Assembly: GCA_044892525.1 (NCBI GenBank) | Contig: CM097887.1 | Location: 13,640,001-13,704,000, forward strand | DNA length: 64,000 nucleotides | Source: Schmidtea polychroa | Taxonomy: Eukaryota | Reading direction: 5' to 3' | Shown here: piece by piece, positions 1-11,838 of the stretch | How the letters are laid out: each line of letters begins with the position of its first letter | Numbering within the stretch: position 1 is the first letter of the stretch | Notes under the pieces: model-generated | What the model was told of the DNA's origin: nothing | What the model saw: only the letters and a program-made list of their open reading frames with translations | Databases searched by the model: none | Translations under genes and position numbers: made by a program

Positions 1-65
1 AATAATAATAATAGTAATATTAGAAATAATAATAAAAAACAATATTTATAATAAAAACATTAATG

Positions 66-200
66 CAACATTAATGCAAATGACATGCAATTTAAACAAA
101 GACATGCAAATTTAAACAAAGACATACAGCAATCTGATTGGTTGATAAACAATAGTCATAGGTATAAAAACCCCGTACCATTTCATTTTAATCATAATTC
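66..200 (+). promoter_or_regulatory. Compact Pol II promoter: two octamers (ATGCAAAT), reverse CCAAT box and TATA box
   Basis: ATGCAAAT at 74-81 and 104-111, ATTGG at 137-141, TATAAAAA at 163-170, ATG at 204. The same octamer block recurs at ~674-712, upstream of the next small gene. Confidence 0.55.
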
Positions 201-203
201 ACG

Positions 204-623
204 ATGACAAAGAAAATTTCAAGCACTGAAAAGCCAAAAGTTGTTCCAGAACTTGTACAACCTGTTCAAATGTTCCACAACTATAAAATGTATTTTTTAA
301 AAGAAGAAATCAATATGAAATTGGCGTCACCGATCAAGCTAATTCCAACTAAATTTCAATTCTTATCCGGCACACTTTCAATGATAGATATTAAATCTAT
401 TGATGAGGTTTTCAAACGGTTGAATACGAATCTATCTTGTAATCAACATGCCTGGTTCAACAACAGATATGCAAGATTTTATGATTCCTTTGATGAAATC
501 GGTTTCAAAGAAAACGAAAATTGGTATATAACAATTGCAATCCAAGGATATAAAGTTGATAATAATGATGTGTATTCTCCAATTTGGAAAATTATGTCTG
601 CTAGACTTTCACAACTATTTTAA
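204..623 (+). CDS. Small intronless hypothetical protein (139 aa)
   Basis: ATG-initiated open frame with TATA upstream and AATAAA about 10 nt after the stop; no family recognised. Confidence 0.55.
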   Translation: MTKKISSTEKPKVVPELVQPVQMFHNYKMYFLKEEINMKLASPIKLIPTKFQFLSGTLSMIDIKSIDEVFKRLNTNLSCNQHAWFNNRYARFYDSFDEIGFKENENWYITIAIQGYKVDNNDVYSPIWKIMSARLSQLF

Positions 624-749
624 TGTTATATTTAATAAATGTATTAGTCATATTTGTTTTTCTCTTTATTAATTGCAACATTAATGCAAATGACATGCAA
701 ATTTAACAAAGAAAATCTATAAACAAACTTATAATATAGTTTTAAAGTG

Positions 750-1090
750 ATGAAAATGACTGCAGAAAAAGGTTAACATGATTAATTAAATACCGAATTA
801 TTTATTATTTAGAATTATTAATCAACTTTTTGTTGGAAAAGTTAGCAGAAATAGCTGGTGTAAAAATTGAGGATATATTATCTATTACAAATGCCTTAAA
901 TATCGGCTGGGTAGTTGAAAGTCAAGATTCAGGATTTGACGATCATGAAGAAACTCAAGAAATTGATGACGAAATCTATGAACCTATAGAGGAACCTAAA
1001 GATAATATTACGAATGATTGTATTGATCATGTCGTTGAAAATATAATGAAATGTGGAGATGACGATTGCGAATGTGTTAATAAATTTTAA
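750..1090 (+). CDS. Small acidic hypothetical protein, probably two exons (750-771, 813-1090)
   Basis: ATG at 750; a GT..AG intron at 772-812 joins in frame to ORF 830..1090 (MKMTAEKE-LLINFLLEKL...); duplicated octamer block upstream. Confidence 0.4.
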
Positions 1091-1135
1091 AATTGAATTA
1101 TTTTCATTTAAATATACTATTAAAAAACAATAATA

Positions 1136-1664
1136 TTAATTTTTATTCATATATCGACAGAAAATATACATTATAACAACTCCAGTTGTAAGTTTTATAT
1201 AGTTTTTCATTTTTCTTTTGATTTCATCAGTTTCTTTAAAATTGCAGGCCAGTTTATTTAATACACCCCATCCGCCATTGGCTTCTATCCATGGGGTAAA
1301 CTTGGACTTGATTATCTAGAAATGAATATTATTAAAATATAGATTATAAAAGAAATCTTACTTCTAAAGACCAATGATAATAATGTTCTGAATCATGTTG
1401 ACCTTTTGCAATGATTATCTTCATGTAGGTGAATCCTACAATTATCCTTGTCCATTTCATGTCTTCATCGAAAAGACACTGAAATATTCTATTGAAGTAA
1501 TACTTCTTGGTTTCCAGGGATTCCATCTCCATCATTTGATGATAATCGATATGTTCACCTTCAATGATTTGTTCGGTTCGATTGATCAGGAAATTGAGGC
1601 TGTCGACTATATTCGCGGTGACAATTCCGTTTAGAACATTTTCACTAAAATTTGGTTGCGACAT
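1136..1664 (-). CDS. Bcl-2 family protein, two exons (1664-1362, 1315-1136), ~160 aa, tail-anchored
   Basis: BH1-like LFDEDMKWTRIIVGF in exon 1; 46-nt phase-0 intron GTAAG...TTTCTAG (1361-1316); exon 2 encodes BH2-like FTPWIEANGGW and a C-terminal hydrophobic tail LTTGVVIMYIFCRYMNKN*. Confidence 0.8.
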
Positions 1665-1808
1665 TTCTAAATTAATTTAAAATATACTGCTTTATTTATA
1701 TTACTACCATATGATTTTGATTGGTTGATAGACTATAAAAATAGGAGTTTTGATTTGATACACCACGAAAACTATATTGATATTGGTATAATGAGTGTGT
1801 GCTAAAAC

Positions 1809-1843
<35 letters not shown>

Positions 1844-1873
1844 GAGAAACGCCAACTCAATAAATTCAACATA

Positions 1874-1918
1874 AACGCGATATATTTCAATTGTACAACA
1901 ATCTTCGTCAGGCCGCAA
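1874..1918 (-). ncRNA. Minimal type I hammerhead ribozyme motif (PLE type)
   Basis: Minus strand reads GCGGC CUGACGA A-GAUUGU-UGU-ACAAUU GAAA UAU AUC GCG: conserved CUGANGA and GAAA, stem II, short palindromic stem III, AUC triplet. Stem I is weak. Confidence 0.55.
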
Positions 1919-2063
1919 TCTGGATAATCAATAATAAGACATAAAATATGCAATATCTAAACAAATTAACTAATAATAATCATCTCCAAACTGTATCAAA
2001 AATTTTAAAAAAAAAATATTTTAAAAAAAAATATTTCAAAAAAAACATTTTAAAAAAATAGGT

Positions 2064-2207
2064 ATCTCTGATTTTAAAATTATTTCAAAAGGTTTAAGTA
2101 ATTATTGGGAACGAGTAACTTGTGAGGCATTGTTGATTAGATATTTAAATCCAAAAATAAATGATCAAGTTGCCCGTTCCACGGAGATTTTGAATGTGTT
2201 TAAGTAA
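2064..2207 (+). pseudogene. C-terminus of a GIY-YIG endonuclease (Penelope-type)
   Basis: Translates ISDFKIISKGLSNYWERVTCEALLIRYLNPKINDQVARSTEILNVFK*, matching the PLE endonuclease tail F.I....N...R...EAL.I....P.LN.Q. Confidence 0.7.
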
Positions 2208-2879
2208 TTGAAGGATGAAGGTTGGGAGTCTTGTTTGTGGTATAATTATGTTTGTGTTTTGTAAACTATGTAATTTTTTTTTAAAATTTGTTAATTTTAT
2301 GTTGAATGTTAAATGTGATTAAATTAAAATTTAATTTTAAAATAATATGTATGTGGGTTATGTAAAATATGGTTTGGTTTTTTAAAATGTTTTTTTTGAA
2401 ATATTTTTTTTTAAAATATTTTTTTTTTTAAATTTTTGATACAGTTTGGAGATGATTATTATTAGTTAATTTGTTTAGATATTGCATATTTTATGTCTTA
2501 TTATCGATTATCCAGATTGCGGCCTGACGAAGATTATGTTGAATTTATTGAGTTGGCGTTTCTCTATTATTAAATCATTGCCACGTTTTTTTGATTATTT
2601 AAATAATAATAATAATAATAATATATGTTTTATTACATTGTTTATTAATACCCTTGCGAGTTGTTGAGCGTGACCAGTACCCTNNNNNNNNNNNNNNNNN
2701 NNNNNNNNNNNNNNNNNNNNNNNNNNNNNNNNNNNNNNNNNNNNNNNNNNNNNNNNNNNNNNNNNNNNNNNNNNNNNNNNNNNNNNNNNNNNNNNNNNNN
2801 NNNNNNNNNNNNTTACATTGTTTATTAATACCCTTGCGAGTTGTTGAGCGTGACCAGTACCCTTGTGAGCAGTACCCAT

Positions 2880-3337
2880 AGGGGGACAGAATATTTTGTC
2901 GGATAGACTTGGAGTATATAGATTAATAATATATCAATGAGAACACTAACGTGTTGCGTGTGTGGACACTAATAATATTTTTATACATTGTGTGTGTGTG
3001 TGACCATAGGGGAACAGAATATTTTGTCGGGTAGACTATATTGTGTGTGTGTAATAATAATTTTATTTTATTAAACTTTTATCAATAAGTTTTTAAAATA
3101 CCGCAACGTAATATAAATTTTAAAATACCGCAACGTAATATAAATTTTAAAATACCGCAACGTAATAAAAATTTTAAAATACCGCAACGTAATATAAATT
3201 TTTTAAAAAAAAATTTGAAAAAAATTTTTTTTTTAAATCCCCCCTCCCCCGGGGGTGGGGATATGACGTCATATGTCTTTGTGACGTCATCGATGACGTC
3301 ATATGTCTTTGTTCCCGGGTCCACACAATACCCTACT
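2880..3337. mobile_element. Putative Polinton/Maverick terminal inverted-repeat end
   Basis: Subterminal 27-bp tandem array, C/G tracts, three TGACGTCA palindromes (3264, 3282, 3294) and terminus ...CCCTACT (AGTAG on the minus strand), abutting a truncated hAT fragment. The partner TIR is not in the window. Confidence 0.35.
3091..3198. repeat. Tandem repeat, 4 x 27 bp (TTTTAAAATACCGCAACGTAATATAAA)
   Basis: Four nearly identical consecutive units read directly. Confidence 0.95.
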
Positions 3338-3685
3338 TATAAATTATAACTGTATACTTTTCTGAAATTTTTGTGAAAATTTTCAACTTTTTAGCTTGGC
3401 TTCTGATCTGTTTTTGAAGCACTTCGACATAAGTTTCCGGTTTACTACCAAAAGTTGGATGTTTGGTTTCAAGATGTCTTTTGAGTTTGCTTTGAGCCAT
3501 TGAAGAGTTTTGCAAAGTTTTATTTAAATCCAATATCAAAACTTTATATCAAAATCCATTAAATATAAAAGTTTAATTTTACCGAAAGTGCCTTTAATTT
3601 TTGTTAATACTCTTATTCCTAAAGTTTTTGATAATATCTAGTGTCAGAGCTCGAAATCTCGAGGAACACCATTTGGGAATCACTG
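3338..3685 (-). mobile_element. hAT (Buster/Charlie-like) transposon 5' fragment
   Basis: Terminus CAGTGATTCCCAAA at 3685 on the minus strand; ORF 3333..3539 contains SMAQSKLKRHLETKHP (BED-finger region of Buster/ZBED5-type transposases). Confidence 0.8.
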
Positions 3686-4882
3686 ATCTAAAGATAGCCT
3701 AGGTTCTGTATATGAATATGAGTGAAAACAGTTCTAGTAGTGGAGCTCATCTGTTCATCTCTATTCAGTCTCTGCACACAGTACTAACATGGTAATTGCC
3801 GATGAAGCGCAGATGGTTATTAGCAACAGCTGTGAATGCGTTTCAAGTGTACAAAGATCGCAGGTCTCATCTTTATACTTTAACAGTTGATTAGAACTAT
3901 CTTCAAGCGACAACAAAAGTTTCTATTTTTTTTTTTCTTAAATTGAAACTCATTTCTTTTTTTTTTGCAGTATTTGATTCGATGTAAGACGCTGTTGAAT
4001 ATTTATTGAATGATGTCTATTTTCTGTAAATATGTAAGTGCGGATGTTTAGTACATAAATATTTCATCGTGGGTCGGTTTTATTTACTAAATCGACGCAT
4101 TACAGATCCAGAAAAATACGAAGTAATTTGATGTTATTTGTTAAATAGAAATGATATTGTCAATATGTATTCTAATAAATAACAATACTGATAATCATAT
4201 ATTGAAAACAGCAAGCAGAGCAATACAGCAAGCTTCATAGACTTATACGTAAGATCATATAGATTTTGTAATATAGACTCTTGATCATTTGCAAACAATA
4301 TAATTTACACCGGCATTTACAATTAGCAAACTGATTAACAAGGTAAGTTGTTAAAACAAAGTACAGCTACTATGTTGAAACTATTATCAAATCCCATTGG
4401 CATCTATATAAAAATAGAACTTCCCGGTTACTTTCTTGTCGATTCTAATTTGGGTTCTTTTCGTATAATAAATTGTGAAATCAAACATTTTGTAGAACAG
4501 AAATATCGGCCATAGGCTGTTTTCTCCTGCAACTATATCGCCACACTATTTCGTTAAATCTAGTTTTATCTTTTCATGAATTTAGCTGGAATCAAGAAGC
4601 TTATGGCCTTTCAAGGTATAAGATTACTTTAAGTTGCTCATAATTTAAAAAGTTGGGACAGTAAGAATAGAGAAATATGGCATGTTACGTTATCAAAATT
4701 AGATTGGCATCATTTCTCCTGAAACTATAAAAGACGTCAATAGATTTCTTGACAAAGCGGACGAAGCTTACCTACAAAAAGCTGTTCAACTAGGAGTTCT
4801 TGAAAAATTAGGCATCGTGATTAACTAGACTGCACATGTTTCAGATGGAAATGAGATAAGCCGTGCAAAAACATTTCTCTTT

Positions 4883-5194
4883 TTGTCATTAGAGACAAAG
4901 AGAAATTTCTGTTTAATAACAATTTATCCTATCGTATATCCGAGCTTTGTAGAAAGATACAGTATGGGCAATCACATCACAGGTATACTAGACACTCTTA
5001 ACACTACAATAGACAAAAATGGCAGTGAACGAACCGTATTGAAAGTCGCACACATGGCGCTCTATGACTCGTACCTTTCGAAATGGGAAAAAAGCTGTAT
5101 TTCGAACTTTATAGCTTCTGTGGTAAAACTTTCACCAAAAATAAACAAGTCAATATTCCGAAGTGATTTGTTGGATCAAAAATTTGCTAAATAA
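4883..5194 (+). CDS. Possible terminal exon of an unidentified gene
   Basis: 103-codon open frame with protein-like composition and short exon-like segments upstream; no family recognised. Confidence 0.25.
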   Translation: MSLETKRNFCLITIYPIVYPSFVERYSMGNHITGILDTLNTTIDKNGSERTVLKVAHMALYDSYLSKWEKSCISNFIASVVKLSPKINKSIFRSDLLDQKFAK

Positions 5195-5652
5195 AAGGGT
5201 TGTTATTTAAGTTTTATTGAAATCAAAGAATACTTCAGGATTGGGAGATTTTGAAAATACTCGCTGACGCAACATTTTTTTTTAATAATAGTGCTATCTA
5301 ATCCGTTTTTTAGAAAATTTTCAACACTTAACAGTATTAAAGGAAACTTCATAAANNNNNNNNNNNNNNNNNNNNNNNNNNNNNNNNNNNNNNNNNNNNN
5401 NNNNNNNNNNNNNNNNNNNNNNNNNNNNNNNNNNNNNNNNNNNNNNNNNNNNNNNNNNNNNNNNNNNNNNNNNNNNNNNNNNNNNNNNNNNNNNNNNNNN
5501 NNNNNNNNNNNNNNNNNNNNNNNNNNNNNNNNNNGTAGATACGTTCAAACAAAAATCGTGTAAAAAAAGACATGTTAACCATAGTAAAATTGAGGATGTG
5601 TTCTACAATTATAGAAAACCGTATAAAATAGAAAAAGGAACCATTAATTGTT

Positions 5653-6060
5653 CTAAAAAACCGTGCAAAAAAAATAGTAAATCTTGAAACCATAATATAT
5701 AAGTTTTAGAAAATATAATCCATACATGTTTTTATTAAAAATAGATAATAATAGTAATTTTATTCCATAAGTAAAGAGCAAATAAAATTTTTGTTCATAA
5801 ATACATATAAATACATCATAAATACATGCTTCGACAACCGTCAAATTTCTGTTTTCGATTGAATCCAAAATATATTTAAATGCTTGTTTTATGTAATAGA
5901 CTTTAAAGGTTGCTATTATACCCTGATCCAATGGTTGGATCAAAGAAGTGATGTTAGGCGGCAAAAATACCAACTCAGTATTTAGATGGTGTCGTACAGG
6001 ATGGCTGGGTGCATTATCGACAAGTAAGAGTACTTTGAATTGAAGACCCTTTTGTTCCAT
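5653..6060 (-). pseudogene. pogo/Tigger DDE_1 transposase fragment
   Basis: KVLLLVDNAPSHP...LVFLPPNITSLIQPLDQGIIATFKVYY motif; frame degenerates downstream. Confidence 0.85.
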
Positions 6061-8027
6061 ATATCTTTGAACTTCAGGAACGAAGCATTCTTGGAACCAT
6101 TTTGTAAAGAATTAAAACAAAATTAAAACAAAATTTTTTTTGGAAAAGCGTTAAACCGAATTTTTCGTGCAAAAAAAGAAGATTTGTTCCTTTTTTGTGA
6201 ACCGTGTTATTTCAAAATCGTCTAAAAAAGAGTTGGGTGTATGTATATATATATATATATTCTCAAAAATAAATGTGTTTAAAAGAATCTAAATCCCGTA
6301 AGAAGCCAAAAATATTCTTTAAATATTTATTGAATGTATTTGCTGTTAATATTCTAAGTTATTTTCAAAACCTTTATTAAATAATTATTTTAAATATTCT
6401 GTTAAATATATTAGAGTTTCAATTGTATAAATAATATATAATAATGTATTAATTTTTAAAAATTAAAGTATTATATGATTAATTCAATAACAAATTTCGT
6501 TTAAAATATATAACCTAAAATTCAATTAATTAACTTGTTTTAAAATATATTTGGCGGTAATATTTATTTTGTGAATTTTCAGCCATATTTTAATGAATTA
6601 TAATCTACGAGTTAATACGATTTATATATAATTGAAAAATTATTTTCAAAATAATTACTTTTAAAATGTGTAAAGTTATCAATTCTGACTCATTTCTGAC
6701 TCAATTCTGAGAAATATTGATGTAAGTTAAATTTATTTTAAATTTGCTAATTTAGAATAATTTCTATTTTAGCTTCTGGTTATGATATTGATATTGGTAA
6801 GATTACATTTTACGTTTGTTATAAATACAATATATGGATCATTCTAATAAATAATAAAATATATGAAAGTCGAAGTTACACCAAATACAAAATCTTATAC
6901 TGGATTAGGAAACGTTGAGTTCAAAGTGATTTAGAACAATTGCCTATTAAAAAATTATGAACTTAATTTAATCGATTTATTTATTAGCAAAGCAATTAAA
7001 ATAAATTTTTATTTTACTTTACATTTATTTTAACATGCTGATCAATATATCATCCGAATATGTCTGACATCTGCTGTTTTAGTCAGAACCAAATTAGTGA
7101 ATCTAAGCAAATTTGAACAATCACTAAAAATGTAGTGTCTGGTAAAGGATTATAGGCTGAAAGAATCATGAAGATGAGAAAAATAAAAATTAATATAGAT
7201 ATTTATATATGCTTTTAATGAGCCCAGTTATAGTCAATAATAATGCCTCCTCAGTCGAATGTTTGGTACTACCATCTAACTAACTTATAGACTGGTTCCC
7301 TCAACGAGCGATAAAATCCCTAGTTCGTATAAAAAATCATATATCGTTGTTGACGATGACAATATATTGTAAAATTGTTCTGGATCCATGGGATAAATTT
7401 GCAGAATAGTATTCTATTTAAATGATTCTGTATTTTAATTAATTTATAAATATTTATTAATTTGAGGGGGGTTGAAAGCTAGTAGTGCCGAATTTTTAGT
7501 TAACGTACACTATTAGATGTTGGATCGATTTGAAAAGAGGTACCATTTCATTTATCATCAGTCATTTTACTAGCTTTACAACGCTATCAGTATAAGATAA
7601 CGTCGGTGTAGTGTAATATCAAAATCTATAAATCTCATTGATGGTATTGTAATAGTTCTCGATGTTGCAAAAGGTGTCGAAACTCAGACCACAATCCTTT
7701 GGAATAAAGCTAAATATTTTCTACATTAACAAATACGATAGGAAAACCACTAAATTATATTTATGCCTAAATTCAATTAACAATTCAATTAATTCATTTA
7801 TAGTTTTACGATAAAGATAAAAATTAGTTTGTGGAATTGTCGATTTTATTAATGATAATTTAAATTTTATCGCGCTTAATATGTAATGGTAAATAAACCA
7901 AGTAATCCGAATAAACAAATCTAAATTTTACTGTATCTGAGAGCATCTGCTTCATTTCCACCATTTCATGTTTGGGAGAATATGTGATATTGAAGTAGGT
8001 AGAAGTGAGCCCACGATGACTCATCGT

Positions 8028-8345
8028 TAAGGTCAACTCAAGGTCATAGGAAATTTTGAGGTCAATGTCATTTGAGGAAAATTTAAGGTCAAAGTCAAAT
8101 CTAGACCATTTTAAGGCCAACCTCATTCTGAGGACAGTTTAAGGTCAATCTAAGTCCTTTTAAAGGCAAATTCTGAGGTCAATTCTAGGCCATTTTAAGG
8201 TCAAATTTTGATGTCAAAGTCCAATTTTAAGGTCAATTTAAAAAATTTTGTTAAGTCCATTTAACGAATTACTTATTAGAAAATTCTGAGGTCAAAGTTA
8301 ATTCTAGTCCAATTTAAGGTCAATCTAAGCCCGTTTAAGATCAAA
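8028..8345 (+). repeat. Degenerate minisatellite built on (A/G)AGGTCAA
   Basis: About ten AGGTCA hexamers plus variants, all on one strand within ~320 bp. Confidence 0.8.
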
Positions 8346-8619
8346 ATTTTTTAAGAAAATACATGTANNNNNNNNNNNNNNNNNNNNNNNNNNNNNNNNN
8401 NNNNNNNNNNNNNNNNNNNNNNNNNNNNNNNNNNNNNNNNNNNNNNNNNNNNNNNNNNNNNNNNNNNNNNNNNNNNNNNNNNNNNNNNNNNNNNNNNNNN
8501 NNNNNNNCTACGTGTGTCTGTATATGAAAACATTGATAAGGGACATTAAATAAGGAACGGTTTACTCACACATACAATATGATCATTATGGGTTTTTGAA
8601 AGTACGGGAATAATATATA

Positions 8620-9375
8620 CAGTAAACCCTCGCCTTTCGACTGCCCGGTTTTACGACCTCGTTTTCTGGGGCCAATCACGACCATGACTCACAATTACGA
8701 CTCGCCTAGCCACGCATTCCCCAGCCTACAATAGTTAGGCCCTAACTTCAATGAAAGTATAATGACTAATTTTGTAACAAAATACTAGACATCATGTTTT
8801 CAATCACAATAATACCGAATATTTTGTTAATTTTAATATTTATTAAGTGAATAATATCTAGTGAATAATATTTAAAATACAAACAATATTTCTTTCATAA
8901 AAATATTTAAACTACAATTTTATTTAATTAAATTTGGTATAATTGCGTATTTGAGTACAAAAGCTACTTTTCGTGTGATTGAGAATGGCAGTATTCAATG
9001 GGGTCATCGTCGATTGCAACTACATCATTTTCAATTGTAAAATCTTCTATTACCTCTGTATTATCAACCTCCATTGATTGGCTGGCACATACTGATCTTT
9101 ATGATTTAATCACTAAATTTTTAATATGTGAAGAATATGCGATTATTTATTGCTGTATTTACTATTTAAGGTGTTATTAGTGATTTTTTGTTACTTATAC
9201 TCGCATTTACTTGCATGAAATTAGTTTGTTAAAGAATAGTAGGCGAAATTCAAGACCTACGACGAATTAGCCATTTATAACATTGGATCAATGGGAAATA
9301 AAACCTCTCTTTACTACTGCTCACATTACGACTTCTTTTCAGCAACCAATTAGGTCGTAATTGGGGGGTTTACTG
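8620..9375. mobile_element. Non-autonomous pogo/Tigger-like element (756 bp)
   Basis: TA-CAGTAAACCC...GGGTTTACTG-TA termini: imperfect ~21-bp TIRs and TA target duplication. Confidence 0.8.
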
Positions 9376-10226
9376 TATATTATATTAGAGCAGAATGTGG
9401 CGTGATTTGTCAAGGGAATTAGCAACCTGAATCCATCTAAGTGTCAACTCGGTGGTTCGAATATTATATTATGGATTCAGATATCTGTGGAATTGCAGAT
9501 ACCAAACGATATAATTTCTAGGGAAAAGTTTATCATTTAGAATGTTTAACAGCTCGAATATTATATTATGGATTCAGATATTTATGGCATTGCAGCACTC
9601 TAAAGATATCATTTTTGAGCATTTTAACAAATTATTGAAACTTGTTTTTTGTTTTATTAAAATTTTCTATCTGATCTTAAGATGACCCTAAAGTATCCTT
9701 AAATTAAATCGACATATTTTATCTCTTAGCATTAAAATGTCATCAGTCTAATTATAGCAACAAACCCCTTCTTAAAATACCCATAGTTGAACTGGAGTAA
9801 ATTATTCGAGCTATACATGCCAACCCTAAAATCCGGCCAATCACCATAGGCCATAGGGAAATTCCTATGTTGAACCTAGAATAGGACACCAATGCGGACC
9901 TCAGTATGAAACCCATGCAGTACTACCCTGGGTACTATCTAAAACGTTTATGGGGATTAAATAAAAATAATTACTAATATCATCCAATTTAATAAAGAAG
10001 TAAGATTATAATATCACTGCTAAGTTATTACATACAAACCGTTGAATTTAAATTAAAAAACAATTAAACAGTTTCTTTATTATAATATATATGATTAATG
10101 ATAATAGTAATATTAATAATTATTAATATTATAATAAATTTTTATTAATATTGATAATAATAAGTATTTTATTAATTTACAAAATAGACCAACTTTTTTT
10201 ATTCAATTATAAATCAAAACATAGCA

Positions 10227-10500
10227 TTATGAATCATAAATATTACTTTTGAAAAGAATCTGCAAACGTCTGTGATCTTGACTAAATTTATTGATCATTT
10301 TGTCCATTATTTTTCGCTTTTTTTTACTGTCATTGATTCTGTTATGATGAAGACTCATCATGCAAAGTCCAGAAAGTCTATCTTCACACATTGTTGAACT
10401 TAGCCACGTTTTGACTCTTCTCAGTGATGCTAAATGATCTTTCAACCGTTGAATTTGAGATCATTGTTAATATGAGTTGATAAATTAATGTATTCACCGA
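10227..10500 (-). pseudogene. hAT transposase C-terminal dimerisation domain fragment
   Basis: STVERSF / SLRRVKTWLSSTMCEDRLSGLCMMSLH with a frameshift. Confidence 0.8.
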
Positions 10501-10845
10501 TATCATTTTCTTGTGAACAGAGCCTTGTGGTGGGTTACAGGTACTGAAAAATCTTTACCTCCTCATGCTGTTTCCAGCGTAACCCAGGATACAATTTATA
10601 GCTGACCACTTGATACCCGTTGAGCAATCAACGTTGGTACTGTATCAAGGGTTTGGGTACTAGCAAAAAGTGAGCATGCTTAGCATACTATAATTGTCTA
10701 GTACCCACTGGGGTTCACGGACTGCCGATAGAAGGCCTATGTCCGGTTTCTCTAGTCCCCGTTATGACAATCAACATTATAGAAAAATCACAATGCCCGA
10801 CATGAGTGTGCCAGTAAAGATTTATTCATAACAACAAATCGGAAC

Positions 10846-11316
10846 TCATAGGGTTGTAGTCTGTTCTTTCGGTGCGGACTCTGACAAAGTAGCATTGAGT
10901 GTCAATTGGGCCTGACAGGCTTGGCGGATTCTCGCCCGCGCCGCTTTACCCGGCCGAATCTTCTTCGAGATCTTCGACGCTTTTTCCTTCGGTTGGTGAA
11001 AAAGTTCACTCATAGGTCGGATCTTGAGAATGACCTCTCGATCAAGGTCCTGTTGGTGTACCTTGACCTCCAGCTCTCTCACTCTCAGGCGGAGGGCCCG
11101 CAACTCAACTTGATCTTGGGCGTTCTGGAGTTGCAATTGGGTGATGAGTTTCATTCGCTTCTTCATCTCTGTGGGCGGGAACCAGGTGCTCTCGAAATTT
11201 CGGCAATGGGCCTTAAGTCGCATTAACTTGGCCCGGTATTCCTCGGCTTGCTGTTGCGCCTTCTCTCTGTCTGCTCTCATTTCTTCCAGGAGTTGTAACA
11301 CTGAAATAGACAACAT
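10846..11316 (-). CDS. Coiled-coil protein with basic C-terminal segment (element-encoded)
   Basis: Open frame of 156 codons; 15/53 ungapped identity to ORF 30513..30875 (LK......E.T.F.P..MK ... RALRL). Confidence 0.5.
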   Translation of the reverse strand: MLSISVLQLLEEMRADREKAQQQAEEYRAKLMRLKAHCRNFESTWFPPTEMKKRMKLITQLQLQNAQDQVELRALRLRVRELEVKVHQQDLDREVILKIRPMSELFHQPKEKASKISKKIRPGKAARARIRQACQAQLTLNATLSESAPKEQTTTL

Positions 11317-11838
11317 TAGGAATCTTTACCTCAGCATTGAGTGACGCAAGTTAGTAAGGTTAAATGAATGTCGCCCCTTCGTCACTACTCCCTTCTGCGC
11401 ACATCTAGGCCTATTCTATGGACTTTACCAAAACTTATAGGGCTGGTCGTAATGGTCAACGTTAGGGCAAATCATAGTCAATGGTCACGCTGGCCCACGT
11501 TGAAGAAAGTGACTTAATTCCAAACGGTGCAAACCATGAAATTAACACGGGTAATTGAACATAAATAAACAATTGAATTAAGAGAGATCATCGACCATAA
11601 TCATGCTGGTCTACGTTACAGAAAATTATCAAAACCAAAACGATGCTAATGATGAAATTATTATTGAGAATCAACACTTAAATAGACAATTCGATCACTA
11701 TGGACTATCAAAACAAAAAAGATAATATAATAACATCCATCGCACCACATAAATTACACTGCAAATCCAGCGACGAAGTCATTTTCGTGCGATATAGTGT
11801 TTAGTTACGAGTCCCAATCCTTGCTCACGACGCAGATG

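Larger units (their letters stand above)
1836..2572 (+). mobile_element. Penelope-like element 3' fragment with inverted pseudo-LTR
   Basis: Near-perfect inverted repeat arms ~1836-2057 and ~2378-2572 flank a GIY-YIG C-terminal coding remnant; hammerhead core in the arm. Confidence 0.7.

Noticed and set aside
1696-2667. Two near-identical ORFs MHILCLIIDYPDCGLTK on opposite strands
   Set aside because: By-products of the Penelope inverted repeat, not genes.
2633-2863. ~50-bp direct repeat on both sides of the first N-gap
   Set aside because: Identical sequence flanking a gap is most simply an unmerged contig overlap.
11313-11341. GTAAAG...TTTCAG as an intron upstream of ORF 10846..11316
   Set aside because: Only 29 nt, and it does not join the upstream ATG in frame.
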